64,000 nt of DNA from Chitinophaga pinensis (GTDB taxonomy: Bacteria; Bacteroidota; Bacteroidia; NS11-12g; UBA955), in assembly GCA_945860565.1 (NCBI GenBank), contig CAMAQS010000001.1, positions 427 through 64,426 on the forward strand. Reading direction: 5' to 3'. Every line of letters begins with the position of its first letter. Position 1 is the first letter of the stretch. Of this stretch, positions 1 through 9,943 are shown in pieces. A model generated the notes under the pieces. The model worked only from the letters and a program-made list of their open reading frames with translations. It did no database searches and was not told the DNA's origin. A program made the translations under genes and the position numbers.

Positions 1-2
1 AA

Positions 3-1844
3 CCGGGGTTTCCACTAAAAGGCAACAATACCATTGTTGGAATTGTGGATATTGGGTTTCAAACAACACATCCCACATTTTATAATGAAAATGGTCAATT
101 GTATAGAGTTAAGCGATTTTGGCACCAAGGGTACCCAAATCTAGACGGACCTTCTCCGTATAAATATGGAATATTATACTCAAGTAAAAATGCAATTTTA
201 AATGCAGTAGATTATGATGGAACGCACGGTACGCATGTCGCAGGTATTGCTGCTGGGTCAGGGTTTCCAACAGTAAACAATGAATATGGTGGTATGGCGC
301 CAGATGCAAACTTGGTATTTGTAGCTATAAAATATAAAAATGATACTATAGGAGGCAGTGCCCTAGGAGATTATCTTGTGGCCAATACAACCATTTTAGA
401 TGGATTTGATTATGTTTTTAATTATGCCGATTCCGTGCGAATGCCAGCCGTTTGTAATTTGTCGTGGGGTATGCATACAGGCCCACACGACGGGACTTCT
501 CTTTTTGATATTGCTTTGGATAATTTATTGAAAAAACCCAATAAATGGAATAATTCAAACATTGGAAAAGTGATTGTCGGTGCCAATGGAAATGATGCCA
601 TGAATAACATGCATGTCAAAATTTCCTTGAAAAATGATACCTTAGAAACCTTGGCCATGGACAGAAGTAGAACCAATTTCAAGACAGAAAATATATATTG
701 CGATTTTTGGGCGGAGAAAAATTCAGACATCAATTTCTCGATCTCATTAATTGACTCTCAGAACAATGTGTTAATACAGTCACCCTATTATAAATTCGAT
801 AGCAATTTTGCGATAAACACAGTCTTTGCAAACAATCTAGATTCACTTACCATAGTTTTGGCCGGACAAAAAGAATACATTAACAATGGAAAATCCAATG
901 TTTTAACCATGGTAGAATGTAATTCTATCAACAGATTTATAAAACTAAGTTTTACAGGAAACGGTGAAATAAATGGATGGAATTCAGGTAGAACTTATGA
1001 ATGGACATCTGGAACATTTAGAAGTTACATTCAAAATCTTAAACCCAAAAATTGGGTTGAGGGAGATGATTTACAAACCATGATTGAAAACGGTGGAACG
1101 AGTAAATCTATCATTAGTGTTGGAGCCACAAACAATAGAGTAAATTGGATTAATTATGAAAATATTTTCAAATCAGATTCTACCATTGCAGTTGGTGATA
1201 TTGCCAATTTTAGCAGTAAAGGTCCAACCATAGACAACCGAATAAAACCAGACATATCGGCACCAGGCCGATATATTGCGTCTGCTTATCACAAAGACCA
1301 AGTTCCAGGTTGGTTGGCGCCAAGTATTTTGTTTAAAGGCAAGTTCAACGATGACGATGTATATTATGCAATGTCTAGCGGTACCTCAATGTCTGCTCCA
1401 CATGTGGCTGGAATTGCTGCCCTTATTTTACAAGCATCCAATAATTCTCTAGATTTTAATCAGGTTTCAGAAATCATTAAAACAACCGCCATTAAAGATG
1501 AATTCACTGGTCAGATAGTTAATAATACATTTGGTTATGGAAAAATCAACGCTTACGAAGCGGCTAAAATGGCGTATTCCCATACTAGTCTAAAAAATAC
1601 GAAGCAAATGAACTTTTTGTTATATGCAAATACAACAGAAATAAATATCAATGCGAAAAATGGAAGAATTGAAGATTTCAATATTGAAATCTTGGATTTA
1701 AGTGGAAAAATTATTCAAAAATATAACGCTTTGAATGGTTCAAACCAATTGACAAAACCACTAATAGAAGGGATTTATATATTTAAAATTACCGATATTT
1801 TGAACCAAGTTCATTATACAAAATACCTTGTAGAGGATAAATAA
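3..1844 (+). CDS. Subtilisin-like serine peptidase (S8 family) with a T9SS C-terminal sorting domain; 5' end truncated by the window edge
   Basis: The reading frame is open from nt 3 with no upstream stop. All three catalytic motifs are present: VGIVDIG (Asp), HGTHVAGIAAG (His) and SGTSMSAPHVAGIAAL (Ser). The last ~80 aa (…LDLSGKIIQKY…EGIYIFKITD…) look like a type-A T9SS CTD. Confidence 0.85.
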   Translation, partial: PGFPLKGNNTIVGIVDIGFQTTHPTFYNENGQLYRVKRFWHQGYPNLDGPSPYKYGILYSSKNAILNAVDYDGTHGTHVAGIAAGSGFPTVNNEYGGMAPDANLVFVAIKYKNDTIGGSALGDYLVANTTILDGFDYVFNYADSVRMPAVCNLSWGMHTGPHDGTSLFDIALDNLLKKPNKWNNSNIGKVIVGANGNDAMNNMHVKISLKNDTLETLAMDRSRTNFKTENIYCDFWAEKNSDINFSISLIDSQNNVLIQSPYYKFDSNFAINTVFANNLDSLTIVLAGQKEYINNGKSNVLTMVECNSINRFIKLSFTGNGEINGWNSGRTYEWTSGTFRSYIQNLKPKNWVEGDDLQTMIENGGTSKSIISVGATNNRVNWINYENIFKSDSTIAVGDIANFSSKGPTIDNRIKPDISAPGRYIASAYHKDQVPGWLAPSILFKGKFNDDDVYYAMSSGTSMSAPHVAGIAALILQASNNSLDFNQVSEIIKTTAIKDEFTGQIVNNTFGYGKINAYEAAKMAYSHTSLKNTKQMNFLLYANTTEININAKNGRIEDFNIEILDLSGKIIQKYNALNGSNQLTKPLIEGIYIFKITDILNQVHYTKYLVEDK

Positions 1845-2789
1845 TTAAGAGGAGAGTGAACTTTTCCATTGAATATAAGATTCAACGTGTCTCTCTTTTT
1901 TATTTGAATATATATCGTTTATAGTAACAAGTATGCCCGTTTCTTCTACATCACCAAAATGATGATTGACACAAGTCCCAAATGATTTCATTGTAGGGCT
2001 TAAACTCATATAACTGTTAAACAAAGGAGGAACTTGTTCACCCAAACTTTTTACTTTTTTAGACAATGCAATATATGCTGCTTTATACTCTAATTCGGAG
2101 ACTTCTGAAATGAATTCTGAGCAATCATTTTCAAGAACTAAAGGAGACTTCGGGAAGGCCAAATTTTCGGAATCAGGAAAAAAGTACTTTATAAATGACA
2201 AAATTAAATCACGAGCAAATCGATTGAAATTTGTGTACATTGTTACCTTGCCAAAGAAATATTTAATTTCAGGATTCAAAATAATTAATGCGCCAAGGCC
2301 ATCCCACAAATTATCCAAAGAAAACAAACCTTTCCTGTTGTTTTGTGAAGGTTGATAATTGGGTTGAACAAAACTTCTACCCAATTCAATGGTAAATGGA
2401 AAATAATCTATTTTGATTTTTTCTGAAAATAGTAAAATTTCAGACGTAGATAGAAAGTAATCATTCTCGTTGATTTTGTTGTTCTTGCATTTTACGTATC
2501 TATATCCACCCACAATTTCTTGGTCAATTGGATCCCAAACAATTAATTGGTAATAGGGATTTTCTCCAAGATCAAATTCATCAATATCAGCTGATTTACC
2601 CGTTCCACCGCCTGCTTGCCTAAAAGTTAATTCTCTTAATCTACCAACTTCATTCATTAGCGCAGGTTTTAAATTACCATCAAAAATGTAAATTTCGTTA
2701 TTGCCATTATTTGTTGGGCGCACGAAAATATCAGAGGTTAACTCTTTTAATAATTGGCCAATATCGACTTTTTGAATAATACTTTCCAT
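1845..2789 (-). CDS. Hemolysin-like GNAT N-acyltransferase (OlsB/GlsB-like; N-acyl amino acid lipid synthase)
   Basis: 314 aa. The N-terminal region LRELTFRQAGGGTGKSADIDEFD is typical of the OlsB/GlsB-type acyltransferase family. It lies 17 nt downstream of a PlsC-like acyltransferase gene on the same strand. Confidence 0.65.
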   Translation of the reverse strand: MESIIQKVDIGQLLKELTSDIFVRPTNNGNNEIYIFDGNLKPALMNEVGRLRELTFRQAGGGTGKSADIDEFDLGENPYYQLIVWDPIDQEIVGGYRYVKCKNNKINENDYFLSTSEILLFSEKIKIDYFPFTIELGRSFVQPNYQPSQNNRKGLFSLDNLWDGLGALIILNPEIKYFFGKVTMYTNFNRFARDLILSFIKYFFPDSENLAFPKSPLVLENDCSEFISEVSELEYKAAYIALSKKVKSLGEQVPPLFNSYMSLSPTMKSFGTCVNHHFGDVEETGILVTINDIYSNKKERHVESYIQWKSSLSS

Positions 2790-2806
2790 TTTAAAATACC
2801 TCGTGT

Positions 2807-3643
2807 CTAATTTTTGTAAATCGCTTCGCTATTTTCTTTGAGTTGATAAACGTATTCTTTTAATTTTTGAGCATCTTCCCACATCGTTGAATAACCAAAA
2901 TTATCTGGGGTTACTGATTTGCCAAATGTCATTTCTATGGTCTTGCCTTGCTGTTTAAACATTTCATCGGGTAAGGTTAGCATTTCAATGTTTACTTTTA
3001 TTTTGAAAAATTTCCTAAATCTTGAAATCCTATAAAAACGATTGGAATTTGCTCCATCAATATAGGTTGGAATAATGGGTAAATTGTGCTCAATACTCTT
3101 TTTAACTACACTTTTATGCCAATTTAAATCCCTAACAATATTGTTAAACTTCCTAGAAACAAAACCAGAAGGGAAAATTACAATAACCTTCCCAGACTCA
3201 TATCCTTTTTTAATTAATTCTAGGCTTTTTCTATCAGGTTTACCAGTTCGATTTACGGCTAAAAAATTGTCTTTTAATGGCTTGACGTTCATTAAAATAT
3301 CATTGGCCAAAAACAAGAAATCTTTCCGCACCTTTGAAACAGCCAACATTAGGGCCAATCCATCAAGACCACCGAGTGGATGGTTTGCAGCGATTATACA
3401 ACCTCCAGTCTTGGGGATATTTTCAATGTTTACGCTAGTCAAATTTATATTTAATTCATTGAATATGACTTCAATGAAATCGGTACCAGTTTTACCTTCT
3501 CCAATTAATAATATTTTATTAATATATTCTTGGTGGATAAAACCTTTCATCCAATTAATTAAAAATTTAGGAATCCAATTTAGAATTTTTGGATTCTTGG
3601 ATTTAATAATATTTTCTAAATCTATTTGAATTAGATCACTCAT
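2807..3643 (-). CDS. Lysophospholipid (PlsC-like) O-acyltransferase, GlsA/OlsA-like partner of the adjacent N-acyltransferase
   Basis: 278 aa. It carries the acyltransferase motif AANHPLGGLDG (an H..D box) and a downstream FPSG motif. It overlaps the upstream phosphohexomutase gene by 8 nt. Confidence 0.65.
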   Translation of the reverse strand: MSDLIQIDLENIIKSKNPKILNWIPKFLINWMKGFIHQEYINKILLIGEGKTGTDFIEVIFNELNINLTSVNIENIPKTGGCIIAANHPLGGLDGLALMLAVSKVRKDFLFLANDILMNVKPLKDNFLAVNRTGKPDRKSLELIKKGYESGKVIVIFPSGFVSRKFNNIVRDLNWHKSVVKKSIEHNLPIIPTYIDGANSNRFYRISRFRKFFKIKVNIEMLTLPDEMFKQQGKTIEMTFGKSVTPDNFGYSTMWEDAQKLKEYVYQLKENSEAIYKN

Positions 3644-5039
3644 TTAAGATAATTTTTTTTGTAAAATTTAACACATCATACGCCAGTTGGGAATTTTCAG
3701 CTTCAGCATATACCCTTAATACTGGCTCAGTACCGGAAGGACGAATCATAACCCAATTTCCATTGCTTAATCGGAATTTAAATCCATCTAAATCCTCAAC
3801 TGATGTAATGTTATAAGGTCCAAATGAAGAATATTCACGATTTTTACAAGAATTAATTATTGCATTTTTAATTTCATTTGTTACATGCAGATCATAACGC
3901 TCAACGGCAAATGAACCTACCTTAGCGTAAACATCTTGTATTAATTCGGAGATGGTTTTTTTTGCAAGCGAGGCATATTCCATTAACACTAGGCCCATCC
4001 AAATTCCATCCCTCTCTGGAATATGTCCTTTAATAGCAATTCCTCCACTTTCTTCTGCTCCAATTAAAACATCTTCATTAATCATATATTCACAAATATA
4101 TTTAAATCCAATTTTAGTTGTAATTGATTTAATTCCTTTTTGTTCACACAACAAATCTACTTTATCACTTACCGAGAAACTTTTAACTACACTGCCCGAC
4201 AATTTTTTATAATCTGTTAGGTATTCAATGAGTAGAAGAATAATATGGTGAGAGTCTACAAAATTACCAAATTCATCGAAAAAGCCAATTCTATCGGCAT
4301 CTCCGTCTGTTGCCAAACCAATTTTTAATTCTTCAGATGATTTAATCATTTCAGAAATTTCCGGTAAGTTCTTTAATATTGGTTCTGGAGCTCTACCATT
4401 AAACCCTGGATTAAACTCACAATGCAATAACGTAGATTTTGGAAGTAATTCTCTAATTACGTTTTGTCCAGCTCCATACATAGAATCATAAGCCAGTTGA
4501 TTAGAGATTTTTTCTAATGCTTCGATGTTGAAATGTTCCTTGCAATGATCGATATACATTTTTTCCAAATCAATATATTGAATCACCCCTGATTCAATAT
4601 ATTCGTCAAATGAATTTTGGCTTGGTATTTCTGTATTGGTTATCAAAGCTTCGATTTCATTGATCACATCTGGAGTTGCAGGACCACCGTAATTCGCTTT
4701 AATTTTGAATCCGTTGTAGGATGGGGGATTGTGAGATGCAGTGATAATAATACCCAAACCGAGTTGTTTTCGGCTTACACCGAGTGAAATCATGGGAGTA
4801 GAGACAAAACCGTTTGACAAATGAACCACAATGCCCATAGAAGCAAAAGTAACAGCAGTTTCTTTGGCAAACATTTCGCCACCAAACCTACAATCATAAC
4901 CGATAACACAAGAATTATCAAGGTTCGCTGATTTTAACCATTGTGCAGTTGCACTGGCTACTCTTCTTACATTGGCTGTGGTATAATTGTCTCCAATAAT
5001 TTCTCTCCAACCATCTGTTCCAAATTTTATTTGATACAT
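3636..5039 (-). CDS. Phosphohexomutase (phosphoglucomutase/phosphomannomutase family)
   Basis: It has the phosphoserine loop TASHNPPSYNGFK, the metal loop ATDGDADRIG and the sugar loop GAEESGG. Confidence 0.85.
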   Translation of the reverse strand: MYQIKFGTDGWREIIGDNYTTANVRRVASATAQWLKSANLDNSCVIGYDCRFGGEMFAKETAVTFASMGIVVHLSNGFVSTPMISLGVSRKQLGLGIIITASHNPPSYNGFKIKANYGGPATPDVINEIEALITNTEIPSQNSFDEYIESGVIQYIDLEKMYIDHCKEHFNIEALEKISNQLAYDSMYGAGQNVIRELLPKSTLLHCEFNPGFNGRAPEPILKNLPEISEMIKSSEELKIGLATDGDADRIGFFDEFGNFVDSHHIILLLIEYLTDYKKLSGSVVKSFSVSDKVDLLCEQKGIKSITTKIGFKYICEYMINEDVLIGAEESGGIAIKGHIPERDGIWMGLVLMEYASLAKKTISELIQDVYAKVGSFAVERYDLHVTNEIKNAIINSCKNREYSSFGPYNITSVEDLDGFKFRLSNGNWVMIRPSGTEPVLRVYAEAENSQLAYDVLNFTKKIILNE

Positions 5040-5045
5040 AATTAT

Positions 5046-6263
5046 TTAATTAAATGCGTTTAAACCTGTTATTTCCATTCCCAATATTAACAAATGTATG
5101 TCATGCGTACCTTCATAGGTAATTACCGATTCTAAGTTCATCATGTGTCTCATGATAGAAAATTCACCTGAAATACCCATACCACCTAACATTTGTCTAC
5201 TTTCTCTTGCAATTATAAGGGCATTTTCAACATTATTTCGTTTTGCCATTGAAATTTGAGCGGGTGTTGCTTTTCCGTTGTTCATTAAAACACCCAATCT
5301 CCAAGCCAATAATTGCGCTTTTGTAATTTCTGTGAGCATTTCAGCCAATTTTTTTTGTTGAAGTTGAAATCCACCAATCGGCTTGTTGAATTGTATTCTT
5401 TCTAAACTATATCTTTTGGCAGTATCATAACAATCCATGGCAGCTCCTATTACGCCCCAACTAATGCCAAAGCGTGCACTGTTTAAGCACGTTAAAGGTC
5501 CTTTTAATCCCTCAACATTTGGAAGTAAATTCTTTTTAGGAACTTTTACATTTTGAAACACCAATTCACCCGTAGCACTTGCTCTTAAACTCCATTTATT
5601 ATGTGTTTCAGGAGTCGTAAATCCATCAAATCCTCTTTCAACTATTAATCCTTGAACTTTACCCTTTTCATTTTTCGCCCAAACAATTGCAATGTCAGCA
5701 AAAGGAGCGTTGCTAATCCACATTTTCGAACCATTTAATAAATAATGATCCCCTTCATCTGTGAAGTGTGTTTGCATTCCTTCTGGATTTGAACCATGAT
5801 CAGGTTCAGTTAAGCCAAAACATCCTAACATTTCACCAGAAGCCAACTTCGGAAGATAATGCTTTTTTTGTTCCTCAGAACCAAATTTAAAGATTGGATA
5901 CATAACCAATGAACCTTGAACAGAAGCAGTACTGCGTATTCCACTATCGCATCTTTCCAGTTCCTGCATAATTATTCCGTAAGTGATGTAATCCATCCCC
6001 CCACAACCATATTCTACTGGAAGTTGTGGTCCAAATGCGCCTATTTCTCCTAGTTTTTTGACAATATGCCTCGGGAATTCTGATCGTTGAGCATAATATT
6101 CAATAATCGGAGACAATTCTTTTTTTACCCATTCCCTTACAGAATTTCTGATTAAAATGTGTTCTTCCGTAAGTAGTTCATCTAAAACATAAAAATCAGG
6201 AGCTTGAAATTTATCTTTATTTTGATTTGCTTCGAATAAATCTTCTAACTTTGAATTTTCCAT
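5046..6263 (-). CDS. gcdH: Glutaryl-CoA dehydrogenase (acyl-CoA dehydrogenase family)
   Basis: The block SVQGSLVMYPIFKFGSEEQKKHYLPKLASGEMLGCFGLTEPDHGSNP closely matches the conserved GCDH core. The length of 405 aa is typical. Confidence 0.8.
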   Translation of the reverse strand: MENSKLEDLFEANQNKDKFQAPDFYVLDELLTEEHILIRNSVREWVKKELSPIIEYYAQRSEFPRHIVKKLGEIGAFGPQLPVEYGCGGMDYITYGIIMQELERCDSGIRSTASVQGSLVMYPIFKFGSEEQKKHYLPKLASGEMLGCFGLTEPDHGSNPEGMQTHFTDEGDHYLLNGSKMWISNAPFADIAIVWAKNEKGKVQGLIVERGFDGFTTPETHNKWSLRASATGELVFQNVKVPKKNLLPNVEGLKGPLTCLNSARFGISWGVIGAAMDCYDTAKRYSLERIQFNKPIGGFQLQQKKLAEMLTEITKAQLLAWRLGVLMNNGKATPAQISMAKRNNVENALIIARESRQMLGGMGISGEFSIMRHMMNLESVITYEGTHDIHLLILGMEITGLNAFN

Positions 6264-6278
6264 AAATTGAATTTCTTA

Positions 6279-6286
6279 CAAAAGTA
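6279..6286 (-). promoter_or_regulatory. Bacteroidota -7 promoter box (TACTTTTG) upstream of gcdH
   Basis: The reverse complement of caaaagta is TACTTTTG, which matches TAnnTTTG. It lies 15 nt upstream of the gcdH ATG and inside the TTCTTAC-N4-GTAAGAA palindrome. Confidence 0.4.
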
Positions 6287-6327
6287 AGAATCTATATTAC
6301 TTAATTAGCCATTTTTTAGTAAACATT

Positions 6328-6690
6328 ATGTTAATCATTGCAAGTGTCGAAAATTTTAAATCCCGAATTCCTGTAGGTTGGTTTTTAGAAGAACGAACCA
6401 TTAAAACGGAAGTATTAATTTCAGTAAACATTGGATATGAAATTGAAACAGTTTTTGATAATTTAGATGACGTAATCGACTACCAAGTGATTGACGAAAT
6501 AATATGGAATTCTTCATTGAAAGAAGTTAAATTATTAGAAATGTTGGGTCAAGATATAATCAATCAATGCCTTAAAAGGTTTTCTGGTTTTGATTTGAAG
6601 CATATAAATGTTAAAATTAAAAAACCCGTAATTTTATTAAATGGTGTTGATAGTGATTTTCATGTAATTTTTTTAGAAAAGAAATTTTAA
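6328..6690 (+). CDS. folB: Dihydroneopterin aldolase-like protein
   Basis: 120 aa. The pattern IPVGWFLEER…V.ISV…DNLDDVIDYQVI…KLLEML resembles FolB, which has E-x-x-x-Q/K and D-x-x-D-Y motifs. The match is only at motif level. Confidence 0.5.
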   Translation: MLIIASVENFKSRIPVGWFLEERTIKTEVLISVNIGYEIETVFDNLDDVIDYQVIDEIIWNSSLKEVKLLEMLGQDIINQCLKRFSGFDLKHINVKIKKPVILLNGVDSDFHVIFLEKKF

Positions 6691-6715
6691 TCACTATTAT
6701 TTGAATTCACTCTAT

Positions 6716-6723
6716 TAACTTTG
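6716..6723 (+). promoter_or_regulatory. Bacteroidota -7 promoter box (TAACTTTG), 5 nt upstream of the receptor ATG
   Basis: Perfect TAnnTTTG match. The spacer to the ATG at 6729 is aataa. Confidence 0.45.
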
Positions 6724-6728
6724 AATAA

Positions 6729-9071
6729 ATGAATAAATTTTTTGTTTCAATCATTTTTTATTTAACCACCATTAGTCTATTTGCTCAAAATCAAGCAGTT
6801 ACAGGTTGGGTATTCGATAAAAAAACCCTTGAAACCATCCCTTCAGCAATTGTTGTAGACAATTCAAGTAATATTTATTCCGAATCAAACAATAAAGGGT
6901 ATTACCAAATTGTTTCTAAAAGCGGTGAACACGATTTTGTATTCGCTGCCCCCGGTTATAAAGCATTGAAAGTAAAAATTGATGTTTCTGGAATAGTACT
7001 TCACAATGTTTTTCTTGAACCGACAGACTTTGACGAAGAAGGCGAAACAGAAATTTACACCTCGTTATACAGCAGTAAAACAAGTTATTACAAAACTTTA
7101 CCTAGACAAGTTATTCAAGATAAAACCATGTTTGGGATTTCTGACCCAATAAAAATATTACAAAATTTACCCGGTGTTTCTGGGGGATTTGAAGGGTTGT
7201 CGAGTACTTTCGTTAGAGGAAGTAATGCAGATCAAAACTTACTTCTAATGAATGGTCTTCCGCTTTACGGAAATGGCCACATGTGGGGGTTACTTTCAAA
7301 CTATAATCCCGAAATTATAAAAAGTTCAGAATTCTATAGAGGTGTTGCCCCAGCACGTTTTGGCAATAGAGCAAATGGAGGGGTTTTAGACATTACTACA
7401 TTAGGTGGAAGCGCAGAAAGTTGGAAAGGCATTGTTAATGTGGATTTAGCCATGACGAATATTGCTGTTAATGGACCAATTGATGAAGCGGGTAGGTGGA
7501 CTGCCTCTTTAGGAATGCGTAGAACCTACATTGACTTGCTTTTAGCGTCGATTGCCCCAGATATTAGTAATTTTTTAGTCGGAAATGTTCATGATATTAA
7601 CTTCAATTTAACTTTTAAACAAAGTAGTAAGACACATTGGGATTATTGGATTTATAATGGTAGAGACAAATATGGATTGGGATTCTCAGATAATGTGACA
7701 GATTCTTTGGGCCGAAAATTCAATCTTGATTTCGATTTTGGTTGGGTATGGCAAAATACATTAACCGGCTTTAATTATTCACACGAAATAAATATTAAAC
7801 ACTTCATGACTTTGAGTGCGGGTATTTCTCGATACGTCTATTTTAATCAATTATATTCTAAAAGTAAATTATCAACAGATTCAACTTCTGAAATAAACGA
7901 GTCTCTAAACCAAGATAAAAACAGCATTACCGACTATAGTGTTACTGCAAATTTTGATTACCTTACGGGACCTAAAACACACCTTAAATACGGTTCCAAT
8001 TTAGTCATTCACGATATGAGACCCGGTGAACTTAAAGAATATGAAATGTTATCCAATGTTGTAACAATCGACACGGTTTATGGTCTATACAACAATTCTG
8101 TGGTAACCGAATTTTCAAATTATGCGGAATTAGAATATCATCCCGATTTAAACTTGAGTTTAAATATTGGTGCCAGACTTTGGTCCTATTTTTCAAAGGA
8201 CAATACTTTTGTCCGCATTGAACCCCGAATCACTATAAACCAAATGCTGCAAGGCAACCGCAGAATTCAATTGGGCTTTTCAATAGCAAATCAAGGCATT
8301 CATCAATTATCTAGTGTAACTGGTATTTTACCACAGGATGTTTGGTTTCCAACTACAGGTAGACTCAAACCTCAGCAAACTATACAAGCATCAGCGGCTT
8401 ATATCCAACCATTGTCCAAAGGATTTGAATTAACCATTGAAGGGTATTATAAATATCTGAATGGCATTACTGAAGTCCAAGAAGAACGAGATGAAAAATT
8501 AAGTCAAAATTATTGGGAAAATATGGTTGCTCAAGGAGTAGGGAATTCTCAAGGCGTTGAATTGTTAATTACAAAAAGAACCGGACAATTAAATTTAATT
8601 GGATCTTACACATACAGCACCACAACTAGAACTTTTGAAGATGTAAACTTTGGCGAAAATTATAACTTTAGATGGGACAGGAGGCATAAGTTTAACTTAC
8701 AAATGGCTTATCAAGCCACTGAATCTTTGGTTCTGAACTTTAATTTAGTCTTGATGTCTGGAAATCCTGTGACTGTTCCAACCAGTAGATACTTTACAAC
8801 TGATGGTCGATTGGTATATGATTACAGTGAAAAAAATAATTATCGGTTGCCAACTTATAAAAGATTAGATTTAGGTTTTACAAAAGAAATCAAACCAGAA
8901 TCACATTTTGATTACCGTGAATTTTATGGCGTCCACGTCTATAATATTCTTGCATTTAGCAATCCAATGGTAGCACGCTTCCAAGAGAAACCAATAAACG
9001 GTGTTAATCCACTTATTGGCACCAGTTATTTTTATTTTGTACCATCCGCTTTTTATAGAATTGAATTTTAA
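6729..9071 (+). CDS. TonB-dependent receptor with N-terminal carboxypeptidase-regulatory-like domain
   Basis: It has a signal peptide and a CarbopepD_reg-like segment (VTGWVFDKKTLETIPSAIVV). The plug region is LQNLPGVSGG…FVRGSNADQNLLLMNGLPLY. It is 780 aa and ends in a terminal aromatic residue (…YRIEF). Confidence 0.85.
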   Translation: MNKFFVSIIFYLTTISLFAQNQAVTGWVFDKKTLETIPSAIVVDNSSNIYSESNNKGYYQIVSKSGEHDFVFAAPGYKALKVKIDVSGIVLHNVFLEPTDFDEEGETEIYTSLYSSKTSYYKTLPRQVIQDKTMFGISDPIKILQNLPGVSGGFEGLSSTFVRGSNADQNLLLMNGLPLYGNGHMWGLLSNYNPEIIKSSEFYRGVAPARFGNRANGGVLDITTLGGSAESWKGIVNVDLAMTNIAVNGPIDEAGRWTASLGMRRTYIDLLLASIAPDISNFLVGNVHDINFNLTFKQSSKTHWDYWIYNGRDKYGLGFSDNVTDSLGRKFNLDFDFGWVWQNTLTGFNYSHEINIKHFMTLSAGISRYVYFNQLYSKSKLSTDSTSEINESLNQDKNSITDYSVTANFDYLTGPKTHLKYGSNLVIHDMRPGELKEYEMLSNVVTIDTVYGLYNNSVVTEFSNYAELEYHPDLNLSLNIGARLWSYFSKDNTFVRIEPRITINQMLQGNRRIQLGFSIANQGIHQLSSVTGILPQDVWFPTTGRLKPQQTIQASAAYIQPLSKGFELTIEGYYKYLNGITEVQEERDEKLSQNYWENMVAQGVGNSQGVELLITKRTGQLNLIGSYTYSTTTRTFEDVNFGENYNFRWDRRHKFNLQMAYQATESLVLNFNLVLMSGNPVTVPTSRYFTTDGRLVYDYSEKNNYRLPTYKRLDLGFTKEIKPESHFDYREFYGVHVYNILAFSNPMVARFQEKPINGVNPLIGTSYFYFVPSAFYRIEF

Positions 9072-9073
9072 TT

Positions 9074-9937
9074 ATGAGTAAAATAACAATAAATGTAATT
9101 TTAATTACGTTTTTTTCACTGTCAATTTTAGGATGTGAAACTGAACTAGATCAAAGCTCCATAGAATTTAAAAATAAATTGGTAATGAATGTCCTTGCTA
9201 CAGATAAAGAGCCCCTTGCTGTTCATATCGGGAAAACACTATCCCTTATTGACACCACCGGCGAGCAAATCATAGAAACGGCCAAAGTTGTTGTTACCGA
9301 TGATTTAGGATTTTCTGAAACCCTTATTTACAGCTTTGTTGAAGCCAAATACATTTCCTCATTCATTCCAATACCAGGAAAAAAATACTCAATTAGAGCA
9401 ACTTTTGGCAATTTACCTGAAGCTTTTTCTACCTTAACAATGCCTAAAGGCTTTAATTCAACACCAGCTACTTGGCAGAATAATACTGGTCAAGATTCTG
9501 CAGGGTTTCCAATTGGTACCATTAAGTTTAATATTACCGATCCAAGTGACGAGCGTAACTATTATGAAATTGGATTGTTTCGTTTTGAAGATTTCGGATT
9601 AGAATGGTTGCCTATACCTATATCACCTGAAAACCCTGAATTGGCAACCGATCCAATCATTAATAAAGAAGGTGCAATGTTTTTAGACGATGCAAGTTTT
9701 AATGGGCAAAACAAAGAATTGAGATTTTCAACCCCTTTTGGATCTGCAGGAACCAAATATAAATACTTAGTCACAATAAAAAGCTTGAGTTCAGATTATT
9801 ACAAGTATTTCAAATCTCTTGAAAATTATCAAGTACAAGGTGGCCCGTTTTCCGAACCCTCTGCAGTATATAACAATGTTCAAGGTGGGGTGGGGATTTG
9901 TGCTGGTTCTAGTATATTTAAAGATACAATTAATTAA
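9074..9937 (+). CDS. DUF4249-like lipoprotein, a partner commonly found after this receptor class
   Basis: It has a lipobox (LSILGCE) and the C-terminal motif NVQGGVGICAGSS typical of DUF4249. It starts 2 nt after the receptor gene. Confidence 0.55.
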   Translation: MSKITINVILITFFSLSILGCETELDQSSIEFKNKLVMNVLATDKEPLAVHIGKTLSLIDTTGEQIIETAKVVVTDDLGFSETLIYSFVEAKYISSFIPIPGKKYSIRATFGNLPEAFSTLTMPKGFNSTPATWQNNTGQDSAGFPIGTIKFNITDPSDERNYYEIGLFRFEDFGLEWLPIPISPENPELATDPIINKEGAMFLDDASFNGQNKELRFSTPFGSAGTKYKYLVTIKSLSSDYYKYFKSLENYQVQGGPFSEPSAVYNNVQGGVGICAGSSIFKDTIN

Positions 9938-9943
9938 AAATAA

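Noticed and set aside
3075-3629. A 184-aa + strand ORF antisense to the PlsC-like acyltransferase. Similar antisense ORFs occur in other genes, including 19260..19595, 20453..20818, 44280..44594 and 61194..61592.
   Set aside because: Each lies wholly inside a well-supported gene on the other strand and has low-complexity or hydrophobic nonsense composition. The one in lpxD simply mirrors the hexapeptide repeats.
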